NCBI GenBank assembly: GCA_963725865.1
Contig: CAVSAC010000014.1
Location: 736,001 to 800,000 of the forward strand
Source: Candidatus Eiseniibacteriota bacterium
GTDB taxonomy: Bacteria; Eisenbacteria; RBG-16-71-46
DNA length: 64,000 bases
Direction of reading: 5' to 3'
Shown: positions 20,919 to 30,930 of the stretch, piece after piece
How positions within the stretch are numbered: position 1 is the first letter of the stretch
Layout of the letters: each line of letters starts with the position of its first letter
Translations under genes and position numbers: made by a program
The notes under the pieces: generated by a model
Told to the model about the DNA's origin: nothing
Seen by the model: the letters and a program-made list of their open reading frames with translations, nothing else
The model's database searches: none

Positions 20919-23678
20919 TCACAGGCCACTTTTCCCCGGGGCCCGCCGGGCGACGAGCGCCCGCCACCCGAACCCCAGCGCCGGCAGCAGCGCCAGCCCC
21001 AGCACCACCCACCACCCGACGGGTGGCCGTGCAGTGAGGGCCACCCGGGTGGTGCCCTCGCCCACCAGCACGAAGCCGGCCCATTCGAACGGCCGCGCGC
21101 TCAGCGGCTGGTCGCGCATCGCGGCCTGCGCGCTCCGCAGCGCGGAGGCGGCGTCCTCGCCCCGCGCGAGCCGGGCGTAGAACGCGGTGCTGAAGCGCTC
21201 GGCGAGCCGGTCGTCGACCGGCCACAGCGTCACCACCACGGCCGGCACGCCGGCACTCAGGAACGCCGCCGAGAGTCCGCGCACGCCCTCGCCCGACCGG
21301 GTCAGCCCGCCGGCCGAGGTGCACCCGGCCAGCACCGCCAGCCGTGCGGCGAGCGGGATCGCGGAGATCTCGCCGGCCCGCAGCCACACGTCGCGCCCGC
21401 CGCCCGCCGCCAGGAACACGCCGGAATTCCACGGTCGCTGGTCGTCGACCACGGTGTGCGCCGCCACGTGGAGCACGTCGAAGCGTGGCAGCTCGGCGAG
21501 CGCCAGCGGGGCGCCCTCGGGTCCGCCGAGCACGCGGATCTCCACGCCGCCGAAGTGTGCGCCCAGCGCGCGCACCTCGCGCACCGCGCCCGCCAGGGGA
21601 TGCCCGCGATCGTCGCGCGAGCCCGCCACCGCCAGCATGCCGTGCCCGCGGGGCGGACCGCGGCGCGCGCGCAGCGCGACCAGCAGCGTGGCCGAGGGCA
21701 CCCGCCAGACGTCGCGCCGCGCCGCCAGCGCGCGTTCGTCGCCGGGCACCGGGAGCCACTCGAGCGGGATGCGATTGAGCCCGCCGTCGGGGACCAGCAC
21801 CACCGCCCGGGCGCCGCGCACCCGGGCGGCCACGTCGCGATAGAGCGCCGCGCCGAACGCCGCCGCCGCGCGCTCGCGAAGCGCCGCGTGCATCGCGTCG
21901 TTGCGGGGGTCGGCGAACAGCTCGCGCAGCAGCTCCGCGCGCCGTGTCAGCGCGGGACCGGGCGGCAGCCGCGCCATCGAGAGGCCGGCCCGGTCGACCG
22001 CGAACACGAGCGCCGAGTCGGGGCCGACGAAGAAATCGAGCAGCACCTCGCCCGGCGCGAGGCTCGCCATCAGTTCCTCGGCGCGCACCGGCGCGCGAGC
22101 CCCGGCGAGGGGATCGCGCCCGGGGCCGGTCATGCGCTCGAGCAGCGTGCGCGCCTTGAACCGCTGCAGCAGGTCGAACGCCTCGCGCACCGCAACGGGG
22201 CCACCGACTTCCAGCGCCAGGTCGATGCGTTCGGCCACGATCTCGAGCCCGTCCTGGCTGCGGCGCTCGCGCCACTCCGGATCGCGCGGCACCTGGCGCG
22301 CGGCCTCCCACAGCGCCGCGGCCTGCGCGAACGCCAACCGCGCGGAGTCGCGCGCGCCGAGCGCGCGCCATGCGCGCCCGGCCGCCGCCAGCGCCGACAC
22401 TCGCAGGTCGGCGGCTCCCATCTGCACGGCGAGGGCATCCGCCCGGAGCGCGAACGGCAGCGCCTCCTGCGCGCGATCCTGTCGCAGCAGCACCCGCGCG
22501 ATCCGCTCGTCGAGGCTGCCGGCCGCGGCGACGGAGAGCCCGGGCCGCGCCCGCTCGCGCGTCAGCAGCGCGCGCGCCGCGTCGAGGCGGCCGAGCGCCA
22601 CGAGCGTGCCGGCCGCATCGTCGATCGCCCCGTACCGCAGCGTCTGCGGCAGCGAGTCCAGTTGCGCCAGCACCCGCACGTGCTGGTTCCACGCGTCGTC
22701 GAGCCGGCCGAGCGAGCGGTACGCGGTGCCCAGCCGCGAGCGCGTCTCGACCTCCTCGCCGCGCAGGCCGGCGGCATGGCAGGCGGCGAGCAGCGAGTCG
22801 AGCCCGGCGATCGCCTCGTCGTAACGCCCGAGCGCGAGCAGCGCGAGTGCGACGTTGGTGCGGGTCGTGGCGGAGGCCTGCAGCGCCGAGCGGCCGGCCC
22901 GCAGCGCCAGCGCGCGGCGCCAATAGGCCATCGCGAGCCCGGGGTCGCCGACCGTGTACTCCACCACGCCGAGGTTGTTGTTGACCGCCGCCTCGCCCAT
23001 CCAGTCGCCGCCGCCGTGCGACTCGCGCAGCATCTCGAGGTACATGCGACGTTCGCCGTCGAAGTCTCCGAGCGCCTCGAGCACCCGCGCCAGTCCGATC
23101 GACGCCTGGCGCGCGCCGGGCTGGTCGCCGGCGCGCCGCAGCGCCGCGATCGAGTGGCGATAGCCGCGCCGGGCCTCGGCGAGGCGGCCGGTCAGGAGCG
23201 CGTCGTACGCGATCCCCATGTGGGCATAGCCGACGTCCGACCACAGCCCCAGCGGTTCGGCCAGCACCAGCAGGCGCTGGTAGAGCGGCGTGGACTGCTC
23301 GAACCGGTTGCGCTGGAGGTAGCTGAACGCGAGCCAGCGCAGCGCCCGGCAGCCCACCGCGGAATCGCCGCTCGCGAACGATCGCTCCATCGCCGCGCGC
23401 GCGGCGGGCTCCGCCCGCTCGGGGTGTCCGGTGAGCGCCTGCGCGCCGGCGAACAGCGCGAGCGCGCGCACGCGGATCCGCACGTCGCCGCCGCGCTCGC
23501 TCGCGTGCACCATCGAGTCGGCGAGCGCCAGGCACTCGCGCAGGTGACCGGCGGCGAGCAGGCTGTCGGCGACTGCGATCACGCGCGCGGCCGCCGTGCC
23601 GGAGGGTGGCGGCACGGCGCCCGCCGCGGGCGCGGCGGCGAGAACGAGCAGGGCGAGCGAGCGGACGAGGACGCGCAT
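20919..23678 (-). CDS. TPR + CHAT (caspase-like) protease with signal peptide and C-terminal TM anchor
   Basis: N-terminal signal peptide; TPR-like helices (NNNLGVVEYTVG); KARTLLE; VPDGGLNRIP; LHVAAH; LAGCTS; FLSAG...TLWPVDD; WAGFVLVG; C-terminal hydrophobic helix. Confidence 0.9.
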   Translation of the reverse strand: MRVLVRSLALLVLAAAPAAGAVPPPSGTAAARVIAVADSLLAAGHLRECLALADSMVHASERGGDVRIRVRALALFAGAQALTGHPERAEPAARAAMERSFASGDSAVGCRALRWLAFSYLQRNRFEQSTPLYQRLLVLAEPLGLWSDVGYAHMGIAYDALLTGRLAEARRGYRHSIAALRRAGDQPGARQASIGLARVLEALGDFDGERRMYLEMLRESHGGGDWMGEAAVNNNLGVVEYTVGDPGLAMAYWRRALALRAGRSALQASATTRTNVALALLALGRYDEAIAGLDSLLAACHAAGLRGEEVETRSRLGTAYRSLGRLDDAWNQHVRVLAQLDSLPQTLRYGAIDDAAGTLVALGRLDAARALLTRERARPGLSVAAAGSLDERIARVLLRQDRAQEALPFALRADALAVQMGAADLRVSALAAAGRAWRALGARDSARLAFAQAAALWEAARQVPRDPEWRERRSQDGLEIVAERIDLALEVGGPVAVREAFDLLQRFKARTLLERMTGPGRDPLAGARAPVRAEELMASLAPGEVLLDFFVGPDSALVFAVDRAGLSMARLPPGPALTRRAELLRELFADPRNDAMHAALRERAAAAFGAALYRDVAARVRGARAVVLVPDGGLNRIPLEWLPVPGDERALAARRDVWRVPSATLLVALRARRGPPRGHGMLAVAGSRDDRGHPLAGAVREVRALGAHFGGVEIRVLGGPEGAPLALAELPRFDVLHVAAHTVVDDQRPWNSGVFLAAGGGRDVWLRAGEISAIPLAARLAVLAGCTSAGGLTRSGEGVRGLSAAFLSAGVPAVVVTLWPVDDRLAERFSTAFYARLARGEDAASALRSAQAAMRDQPLSARPFEWAGFVLVGEGTTRVALTARPPVGWWVVLGLALLPALGFGWRALVARRAPGKSGL

Positions 23679-23899
23679 GGATGGGAGGTGCGCCGCAGCG
23701 AGAGCGGTGGCGCCCGCATCCTCGGGGGGTGGCGCTCCGGCGTCAAGACCCCGATGCGTCGCCGCGCGGTCGCGACGTGATCCAGGGCGACGCGCCTGGA
23801 CCTCGCGACGGCCCCCGCGTACACTGCGCAGCGGTTTCTCCCCTCGTGGCTCATCAGGATCCGCTGGTACCCCCCGTGCCCGTCGCCGGAGACTGTTCC

Positions 23900-24379
23900 A
23901 TGCCCGCTGGGATCTCGCTGTTCTTCCACCTGCTGTTTGCGTTCGTGTTCGTCGGTGCCGTGCTGAGCGCCCACTGGAACGTCTTCGCCGCGCGTCGCAC
24001 CACCGACTGGTCCCGCCGGGCCGTCCTGCTGGAAGCCAACGCCCGCGCGACGATGCGGTTCGGCCTCTCGTCGCTGGTCCTGCTCGCGGTGGTCGGGAAC
24101 GTCACCGCGATGGCGCTCGACCACCGCGTGGCGACCAGCGCCTGGCTGTGGATGGCGAATGGCCTGTGGCTGCTGCTGCTGGCCGCGGGCGTCTTCGACC
24201 TCGGAGCGGCGCGCCGACTGGCCGCGTTCGCCGCCGCGACCGCCACCGGGGGCCCGGTGCCCGGCGGCGCGCCCGCGAGCTACGAAGCCGCGCTCGGACG
24301 CTGGCGGCTCTCGAACGCGCTCCTGCTCGCGGGCTTCCTCGCCTTCCTCGCCCTGATGGTGTTCCGTTGGCGCTCCTAG
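23900..24379 (+). CDS. Four-TM membrane protein (DUF2269-like)
   Basis: GGAGA RBS; FHLLFAFVFVG N-terminus and LALMVFRW C-terminus typical of this family; four hydrophobic segments. Confidence 0.72.
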   Translation: MPAGISLFFHLLFAFVFVGAVLSAHWNVFAARRTTDWSRRAVLLEANARATMRFGLSSLVLLAVVGNVTAMALDHRVATSAWLWMANGLWLLLLAAGVFDLGAARRLAAFAAATATGGPVPGGAPASYEAALGRWRLSNALLLAGFLAFLALMVFRWRS

Positions 24380-25173
24380 GCGCGACCTTCGCTGCGCCCT
24401 CCGGCGGTCCCGAGCTGCGCGCGCTGGTCGCCGGCTTCGTGCTCATGGTGATGGGGTTGGCGGCGCTCACGCTGCGGCGCGATCGTCACGAGCCGCTGCG
24501 CTCGGGTGCCTCCACGCGCCGCGCGCTGGCGTACGCGCTGGTCTACGGCCTGTGCTCGGCGTGCTTCGCGCGCCTGGTGGCGCCCGCGCTGCTCGGGAAC
24601 ATGCACTCGGTCTGGCTCTATGCGCTGGGCGACGTGATGTTCGTCACGCTCTCGCTGTTCGTGTGGGTGATGACGCTGGCGGAGGACTTCCGGCTCTCCG
24701 AGCTCGGCTTCCGCGGCGCGGCGCCGCTGCGCTTCCTGCTGGCCACCGCGCTGGGACTGCTGGCGGCGGGCTTCTACGCGTTCGGGCCGCTGCGCGAGCT
24801 GGTGATCCGCGGGGTGAGCACCAATCCCGACGCGCTCGTGTTCTCGGTGCTGGCGGCCCTGGTCGGCTCGGCGCTGCCCGAGGAGGTGCTGTTCCGCGGC
24901 TATCTCATGGGCTCGCTCGACGGTCGCGCCCGCCGCTGGGCGCGCATCGCGCTCCCCGCGATGGCGTTCACGGTGGTACGCTCCGCGCGCTTCCTCCCCG
25001 GAGTGGACCTGAGTCCGGCCGACTGGTTCTTCTACGTGTTCGGGACCGCGCTGCCGCTCGGGCTGTGGTGGGGCGTCATGCGCGACCTGGCCGGTGGATC
25101 CATCTGGCCGAGCCTGATCTCACACGTCGCGCTGGAGCTCAGCGTCACGCTGGCCGCCGCGAGCCACGTCTGA
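24367..25173 (+). CDS. CPBP (CAAX/Abi) intramembrane glutamic endopeptidase-like protein
   Basis: Multi-TM; PEEVLFRG motif 1; GSIWPSLISH motif 4; start uncertain (TTG 24367 or ATG 24445). Confidence 0.8.
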   Translation: MALLGATFAAPSGGPELRALVAGFVLMVMGLAALTLRRDRHEPLRSGASTRRALAYALVYGLCSACFARLVAPALLGNMHSVWLYALGDVMFVTLSLFVWVMTLAEDFRLSELGFRGAAPLRFLLATALGLLAAGFYAFGPLRELVIRGVSTNPDALVFSVLAALVGSALPEEVLFRGYLMGSLDGRARRWARIALPAMAFTVVRSARFLPGVDLSPADWFFYVFGTALPLGLWWGVMRDLAGGSIWPSLISHVALELSVTLAAASHV

Positions 25174-25225
25174 CATCGACCGTTCACAGCGGGGGCCCCG
25201 AGTCTCCGCGGGAGGCCCGTCCATC

Positions 25226-27862
25226 ATGCTCCGGCCCCTCGGCCGCATCGCGAGGCGCGCGGCTGCGCTCGTCGCGGCGCTGTGCATCCTCGCCCCCGGC
25301 GCGCGCGCCGCGGTCTCCGAGCACGCGCCGGCCCTGAAGGCGCTCCAGCTCCGCCTGCTGCGCGAGGAGATGCACGAACGCGCCGAGCGCGCCGAGCGGA
25401 CGCGCCGCGCCGCCCTGGGGCACCCGACCTCCGCGCGCCCACGCGGGCCGTCCGCCATCGGCTCGACGAGCGGCGTTCCGGGCCGCTCGGGCGCTCCCGC
25501 GCGCGAGGCCGCCACGTCGCGCGCCGGCGCGCGGGCGCGCGCCCCCCGCGAGGGCGAGGTGCCGGGGCCCGACGGCCGACTCGCGAGCACGCTGGCGACG
25601 ATCCGGCCGCTGGCGGCCGCCGCGCTGGCTCCCAACGTGCGCGCCAACGACCCCGCCGGCGAGGTCGCGGGCACCTGCCAGTCCGAGACCGCGATCGTGG
25701 CCGACGGACTCCACGTTCTGGTGGCCTGGAACGACGGCGCGGGGACCGACACCCAGGGCTACGCGTGGTCGGTCGATGGCGGCGACACCTTCACCGACGG
25801 CGGAGTGCCGCCCAAGGCCACGAGCTGGCGCTGGGCGAGCGATCCGGTGCTCGCGGTCGACGAGCGCACGCATGCGTTCTACTTCTGCGCGCTCATCGAC
25901 GTCGGCCTGGCGCAGAATGGGATCGGCATCGTGCGGGCCACGTTCGCCGGGGGCACGCTGCTGTGGGACACCCCGCACCTGGTGGCGGTGGGCGACAACA
26001 GCACGGTGGCCTACGACAAGCAGTGGCTCGCCGTGGACACCACCACGCACGTCGTGCACGTCGTGTACACGCGCTTCTCGATGACCGACGGCGGCGACCA
26101 GATCGAGTACCTGCGCTCGCTCGACGGGGGAACCTCGTGGGGGAGCCGCGCGGTGCTCTCGGACGTGGCGCTGCCCGGCAACGGCGGCGAATACGGCAGC
26201 GTGCAGGGCGCGCGGGTGGTCGCGAACCAGGGCCGCGTCACCGCCATGTACTACTCGATCGGCGGCGTCGCGGCCGACTTCTTCAAGGTGCGCCGGTCGA
26301 TCGACGGTGGCGCCACCTGGGCCCCGCGCGTGACGGCGGCGAGCGTGTTCTCGAACTTCGCGTCGGGCGCGCCGGGCTTCAATCGCGGCCTCGGGATCGA
26401 CTTCGCGGGGATGGCGCTCGACCGCAGCGCCGCCCACCCGGGGCGCGTGTACCTCGCGTGGCCGGAGGCGGTGGACTTCTATGCCGACGCGCTCGGCGAT
26501 GCGGGCCCGCGCTCGGAGGTCGAGACCAACGCCACGCCGGCGACCGCCACCCCGTTCGTGCCCGGCCAGACACTGCGTGGCAGCGTCGGCGCGACCGGCG
26601 ATCTCGCGGACTACTGGCAGTTCACTGGCACGCCGGGACAGACGCTGGTGTGCTTCGTCGACTCGATCTCGACCGCGCTCGACGGCTGGCTGCGCCTGTA
26701 CTGCGCCGACGGCACGCGGCGGCTGGCGCTGTCGGTGCCGGGCGCGGGCTCCAGCATCGGCGCCACGCTGGTCTTCAGCCTGCCGGCGAGCGGCACCTAC
26801 TACCTGAGGATCGCGGCCAACAGCGGGCAGGGCGGCTACCGATTGCGCACCGGATTCCACGTGCCGATCGCGACGGACCGCGCGCGGGACCATCGCGACG
26901 TGTTCGTCTCGTGGAGCGACGACGGCACCACCTGGGCCTCTCCGGTGCGCGTGAACGACGGGCCCGCGGGATTCGACGACTGGCTCCCGGAGGTCGCGGT
27001 CGATGCCGTCGGTGCGGTTCACGTGGCCTGGTACGACTGGCGCGATTCACCCGCCGGCACCTGCGGCGGCGAGTCTCATCTCTACCTCGCGCAGTCGATC
27101 GACGGCGGGACCACCTGGACCACGCGCGGCGCGGTCAGCGACGCGCTCAGCGACTGGAACGCCGTGAACAGCAACCTGGCACCGAACCAGGGCGACTACC
27201 TCGCCCTCTACGCGGACGCCTCGTCGGTGTTCGCCGCGTGGTCCGACGGGCGCAGCGGCGGAACCGCGGGCAGCTCGCCCGACGTGTACGCCGCGCGCAT
27301 GACGTTCGCGCCGCTCCCCGTCACGGTCACGCTGGTCGGCGCGAGCGCGACCTCGAGCCGGATCACCGTGCAGTGGGTCGTCTCCTCCGCCGTGCGAACG
27401 GCCACCGCCTACCGCAGCATCGACGGCGGCCCGTGGGTCTCGCTCGGCGCGCGCACGCCGGACGCCGACGGATTCCTGACGCTGGTCGACTCCGACGTCA
27501 CGCCCGGGACGCGCTACGACTACCGCCTCGGCGTCACGGACACCGGCGGGAGCGAGACGTTCTACGGGCAGACGTCGCTCGTGGTCCCGCTCTCGATCGC
27601 GCTCGCGATCGACCGCATCAGCCCCAATCCGGCCGCGCGCGAGATCCACGTGGCGTTCGTCCTGCCCGAGGCGAGCGTGGCGCGGCTGGAGTTGCTCGAC
27701 ATCGGCGGCCGCCTGGTGCGCTCGCTCGCCCTCGGAGCTCCCGGCCCGGGACCGCATACCGCCGACCTCGGCGCGGGCGCGGCGCTGCACGCGGGCGTCT
27801 ACCTGGTGCGCCTGGTGCAGGGCGACCGTTCCGTGAGCGCGCGGGTCACGATCGTGCCTTGA
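25226..27862 (+). CDS. Secreted BNR/Asp-box (sialidase-like) propeller protein with PPC-like insert and T9SS-like C-terminal domain
   Basis: Signal peptide; Asp-boxes SVDGGDTF, SLDGGTSW, SIDGGATW, SDDGTTW, SIDGGTTW; C-terminus SPNP...LDIGGRLVR...GVYLVRL. Confidence 0.85.
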   Translation: MLRPLGRIARRAAALVAALCILAPGARAAVSEHAPALKALQLRLLREEMHERAERAERTRRAALGHPTSARPRGPSAIGSTSGVPGRSGAPAREAATSRAGARARAPREGEVPGPDGRLASTLATIRPLAAAALAPNVRANDPAGEVAGTCQSETAIVADGLHVLVAWNDGAGTDTQGYAWSVDGGDTFTDGGVPPKATSWRWASDPVLAVDERTHAFYFCALIDVGLAQNGIGIVRATFAGGTLLWDTPHLVAVGDNSTVAYDKQWLAVDTTTHVVHVVYTRFSMTDGGDQIEYLRSLDGGTSWGSRAVLSDVALPGNGGEYGSVQGARVVANQGRVTAMYYSIGGVAADFFKVRRSIDGGATWAPRVTAASVFSNFASGAPGFNRGLGIDFAGMALDRSAAHPGRVYLAWPEAVDFYADALGDAGPRSEVETNATPATATPFVPGQTLRGSVGATGDLADYWQFTGTPGQTLVCFVDSISTALDGWLRLYCADGTRRLALSVPGAGSSIGATLVFSLPASGTYYLRIAANSGQGGYRLRTGFHVPIATDRARDHRDVFVSWSDDGTTWASPVRVNDGPAGFDDWLPEVAVDAVGAVHVAWYDWRDSPAGTCGGESHLYLAQSIDGGTTWTTRGAVSDALSDWNAVNSNLAPNQGDYLALYADASSVFAAWSDGRSGGTAGSSPDVYAARMTFAPLPVTVTLVGASATSSRITVQWVVSSAVRTATAYRSIDGGPWVSLGARTPDADGFLTLVDSDVTPGTRYDYRLGVTDTGGSETFYGQTSLVVPLSIALAIDRISPNPAAREIHVAFVLPEASVARLELLDIGGRLVRSLALGAPGPGPHTADLGAGAALHAGVYLVRLVQGDRSVSARVTIVP

Positions 27863-28093
27863 GGAGTGACCCGCGAATCGGTCGGCGGACCTGCAACCGC
27901 CCGGCAGGGGCGGGGATGCGGGCATCTTGCACTCCGCGACGGGATTTCGCGCCGCGCGCGTGCTCAGGTATCCCGGCGGGCGTCCGCGACACCTATGTTT
28001 GAGGATGGCCTCGGGATTGCTGCTCTCGGTAGAATCGTGCATCGAAGTTCCCACACCAGGTCCCATCTCGACCACCGCCTTCGGAGGACACCC

Positions 28094-30739
28094 ATGTTGA
28101 AGCATCGCCCACGTCGCGCCCGCCCCACGGGCGCGGCCCTGCTCGCGGCCGTTCCCATGCTCGCGCTCGCAGTCCTGCTGGGTGCACCGGTCGTGCGCGC
28201 CCAGAGCAGCGCGATGCCTGCCGAGCAGGAGGCCCAGGCGCGCGCGATCAAGCTCGAGCAGCGCCGGCGCCTGATGGCGGGGCCGCTGCACCACCTCCAG
28301 CAGGCACGCGAGTACGCGAAGAACGTGCGCCGCGCGGAGAAGAAGCACCTGCCGCTGCCGAAGCGCGGAGTGGGCCTGAAGAAGCCGCCGATCGACGTCG
28401 ACAACACGCCGCTGCTCGCGGGCGCGCTGCCGCGCTATTCGGTCGAGCAGGCGCTGACGACCCCGACGAACGTGCCGTGCAGCAATCCGACCGGTGACGT
28501 CGCGGGCGCCGGGCAGGCCGAGCAGGCGATCGCCACGTGGGGCCAGTACGCGCTGGTCGCGTGGAACGACGGCCAGGGCTTCAGCGTCGGACCCGACACC
28601 CAGGGCTACGGCTACTCGGTGGATGGCGGCGCCACGTTCACCGACGGCGGCATGGTCCCGAAGACCATCCCGACCGGCACCTGGACCAGCGATCCGGTCG
28701 TCACCGTGAACGAGAAGACCGGTGAGTTCTGGTACTGCGGGCTGTACGACCAGGACGCGACCCACAGCGGCATCGGCGTGGTGAAGTCGACGTTCTCCGG
28801 AGTCGCGCCGCCCACGTGGGGCACGGTGCGAATCCCCGACATGCAGCTCAACAGCACGTTCTTCATCGACAAGCAGTGGTGCGTCGTGGATTCGCTGAAC
28901 GGCAACCTGTACGTGACCTACACCAAGTTCACGGCGTTCGACGACACCATCATGTTCACGCGCTCGATCGACGGCGGCGTGAGCTGGAGCGCCCCGCTGG
29001 CGCTCAGCAATCCGGCCACCGCGGGCGCGCAGCAGGGCTCGCGCCCGGTGGTGGGCCCGAACGGCGAGGTGTACGTCGTCTGGAGCGAGCTGGGACCGAT
29101 CGACGCCGACTTCTTCAAGCTCCGCAAGTCGACCGACTTCGGCGTGACGTTCGCGCCGGAGGTCAACGCCGGCTCGGTGTTCTCGAACTTCGGAACCGGC
29201 GCGCCCGGCTTCAACCGCGAGCGCTCCGTCGACTTCCCGTCGATCGCCGTGGACCGCACCCGCGGTCCCCACCGCGGCCGGATCTACCTCGCGTACCACG
29301 AGGCGATCAACTGGTACAACGACGCCCTCGGCACCGGCGGCAGCAAGGTCGAGGTCGAGAACAACAACGCGTTCTCGGCCGCCACGCCGTTCACGCCCGG
29401 CCAGACGGTGCGGGGCACGTTCTCGAGCACCACCGACGTCGACTGGTTCTCGTTCACGGGCACCCAGGGGACCAGCTACATCTTCGCGGTCGACTCGATC
29501 CCGCGGCCGCTGTACACGCTCCGCACCTACTGTACCGACGGCACCACGCGGCTGACCTACGCCGGCGAGCTGTTCTCCTCGGGCGGGCAGTCGTTCACGG
29601 TGTTCACCGCGCCCGCCAACGCCACCTACTACGTGCGCATGTTCTACGTGACGGGCGGCGTCGGCACCGGCGGCTATCGCATCCGCACCGGCGTGAACAC
29701 TCCGGGCCCCGAGATCGGGCGCGACCAGCGCGACATCTCGGTGACGTTCTCCGACAACGGGACGTCGTGGGCGACCTCGCGACGCGTGAACGAGGAGTCG
29801 GCGTTCTTCGACGACTGGCTGCCCGAGGTCGCGGTGGGCGCCGACGGCACGCCGTACATCATGTGGTACGACTGGCGCGATGCGCTCCCGTGCGCGGCGG
29901 CCTCGCAGGTGTACATCTCGCGCTCGCTCGACGGCGGCGCGACCTGGCTGGCGTCGCAGAAGGTGACGACCGCGAGCACGCCGTGGTCCACGGTCAGCTC
30001 CAACATCGCCCCCAACGAGGGCGACTACAACTTCATGTTCGGCGACGACCGCTACGTGCGACCGGCGTGGGCCGACGGCCGCCTCGGCACGCCGGACGTC
30101 TTCACCGCGGCGATCGACACCTGGTTCTCACTCGCGAGCTGCCCGCCGGACACCAGCCGCGATCCGGGTGCCGTGCTCAGCCTCACCGCGAACGTGGTGA
30201 ACCAGAATCCGCTGTTCGCGAACGACTACTCGGCGCAGCTCACGCCGGCGCGCAACTGGCCGTTGAGCTCGCCGACGCCAATCTCGGTCGGCGCGGGCGC
30301 CAGCAACAGCGGGCTCGTCAGCCTGTCGGTGCCGGATTCGGCGGCCGCCGGCGTGGTGCCGGTGTGCCTGACGGTCACCAGCCCGGTGGGCGCGCTGGTG
30401 CGGTCCTGCTGCTTCAACCTCACCGTGAATCCCACCGCCGGCGTGGGCTTCGGCGACGTCTCGTTCGGCCTCCGCCAGAACATGCCGAACCCGGTGCATG
30501 GCGGCGGCACGCGCATCGACTTCCTGCTGCCGAGTTCGGGTCCCGTGCGGCTCGAGATCTTCGGTCTCAACGGCGAGCGAGTCCGCACGCTGGTCGACGG
30601 CGTGCGCTCCGCGGGGATCGGCTCGGTCCAGTGGGACGCGCGGGACGATCGCGGTCACCGCGTGAACGCGGGCACCTACTTCTACCGCCTGACCGCCGCC
30701 GGTCGGACGGCGTCGAAGCGCCTGGTGGTCCTGCCTTAA
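28094..30739 (+). CDS. Secreted BNR/Asp-box propeller protein with PPC-like insert and FlgD-Ig/T9SS-like C-terminal domain
   Basis: GGAGGA RBS; signal peptide; five Asp-boxes; EVENNN...DVDWFSF; C-terminus QNMPNP...VRTLVDG...WDARDDRGHRVNAGTYFYRL. Confidence 0.87.
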   Translation: MLKHRPRRARPTGAALLAAVPMLALAVLLGAPVVRAQSSAMPAEQEAQARAIKLEQRRRLMAGPLHHLQQAREYAKNVRRAEKKHLPLPKRGVGLKKPPIDVDNTPLLAGALPRYSVEQALTTPTNVPCSNPTGDVAGAGQAEQAIATWGQYALVAWNDGQGFSVGPDTQGYGYSVDGGATFTDGGMVPKTIPTGTWTSDPVVTVNEKTGEFWYCGLYDQDATHSGIGVVKSTFSGVAPPTWGTVRIPDMQLNSTFFIDKQWCVVDSLNGNLYVTYTKFTAFDDTIMFTRSIDGGVSWSAPLALSNPATAGAQQGSRPVVGPNGEVYVVWSELGPIDADFFKLRKSTDFGVTFAPEVNAGSVFSNFGTGAPGFNRERSVDFPSIAVDRTRGPHRGRIYLAYHEAINWYNDALGTGGSKVEVENNNAFSAATPFTPGQTVRGTFSSTTDVDWFSFTGTQGTSYIFAVDSIPRPLYTLRTYCTDGTTRLTYAGELFSSGGQSFTVFTAPANATYYVRMFYVTGGVGTGGYRIRTGVNTPGPEIGRDQRDISVTFSDNGTSWATSRRVNEESAFFDDWLPEVAVGADGTPYIMWYDWRDALPCAAASQVYISRSLDGGATWLASQKVTTASTPWSTVSSNIAPNEGDYNFMFGDDRYVRPAWADGRLGTPDVFTAAIDTWFSLASCPPDTSRDPGAVLSLTANVVNQNPLFANDYSAQLTPARNWPLSSPTPISVGAGASNSGLVSLSVPDSAAAGVVPVCLTVTSPVGALVRSCCFNLTVNPTAGVGFGDVSFGLRQNMPNPVHGGGTRIDFLLPSSGPVRLEIFGLNGERVRTLVDGVRSAGIGSVQWDARDDRGHRVNAGTYFYRLTAAGRTASKRLVVLP

Positions 30740-30776
30740 GCGCACGGCCGGCGTCCCACGCCGGACGCACCTCAAC

Positions 30777-30809
30777 GAGCCCCGGTCGCCCGCGCGGCGG
30801 CCGGGGCTC
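30777..30809. terminator. Stem-loop downstream of secreted-protein pair
   Basis: GAGCCCCGGTCGCC-CGCGC-GGCGGCCGGGGCTC, 14-bp stem; no U-tract. Confidence 0.5.
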
Positions 30810-30930
30810 CGTGCGTCCGGGCGCGCCGCGGGGCGACTGCACTCGCCCGCCCCGCTCGCCCGCGCGGCGGCCACGCCTCCGCGCGTCCGGGTGCGCCCGG
30901 CGCCGCCCGGTTCCGCGCTTCAGAAACCCC

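Noticed and set aside
20919..23678. Type III-E CRISPR-associated protease (Csx29) locus
   Set aside because: No cas genes or repeat-spacer array in the window, and this CHAT protein appears to be exported
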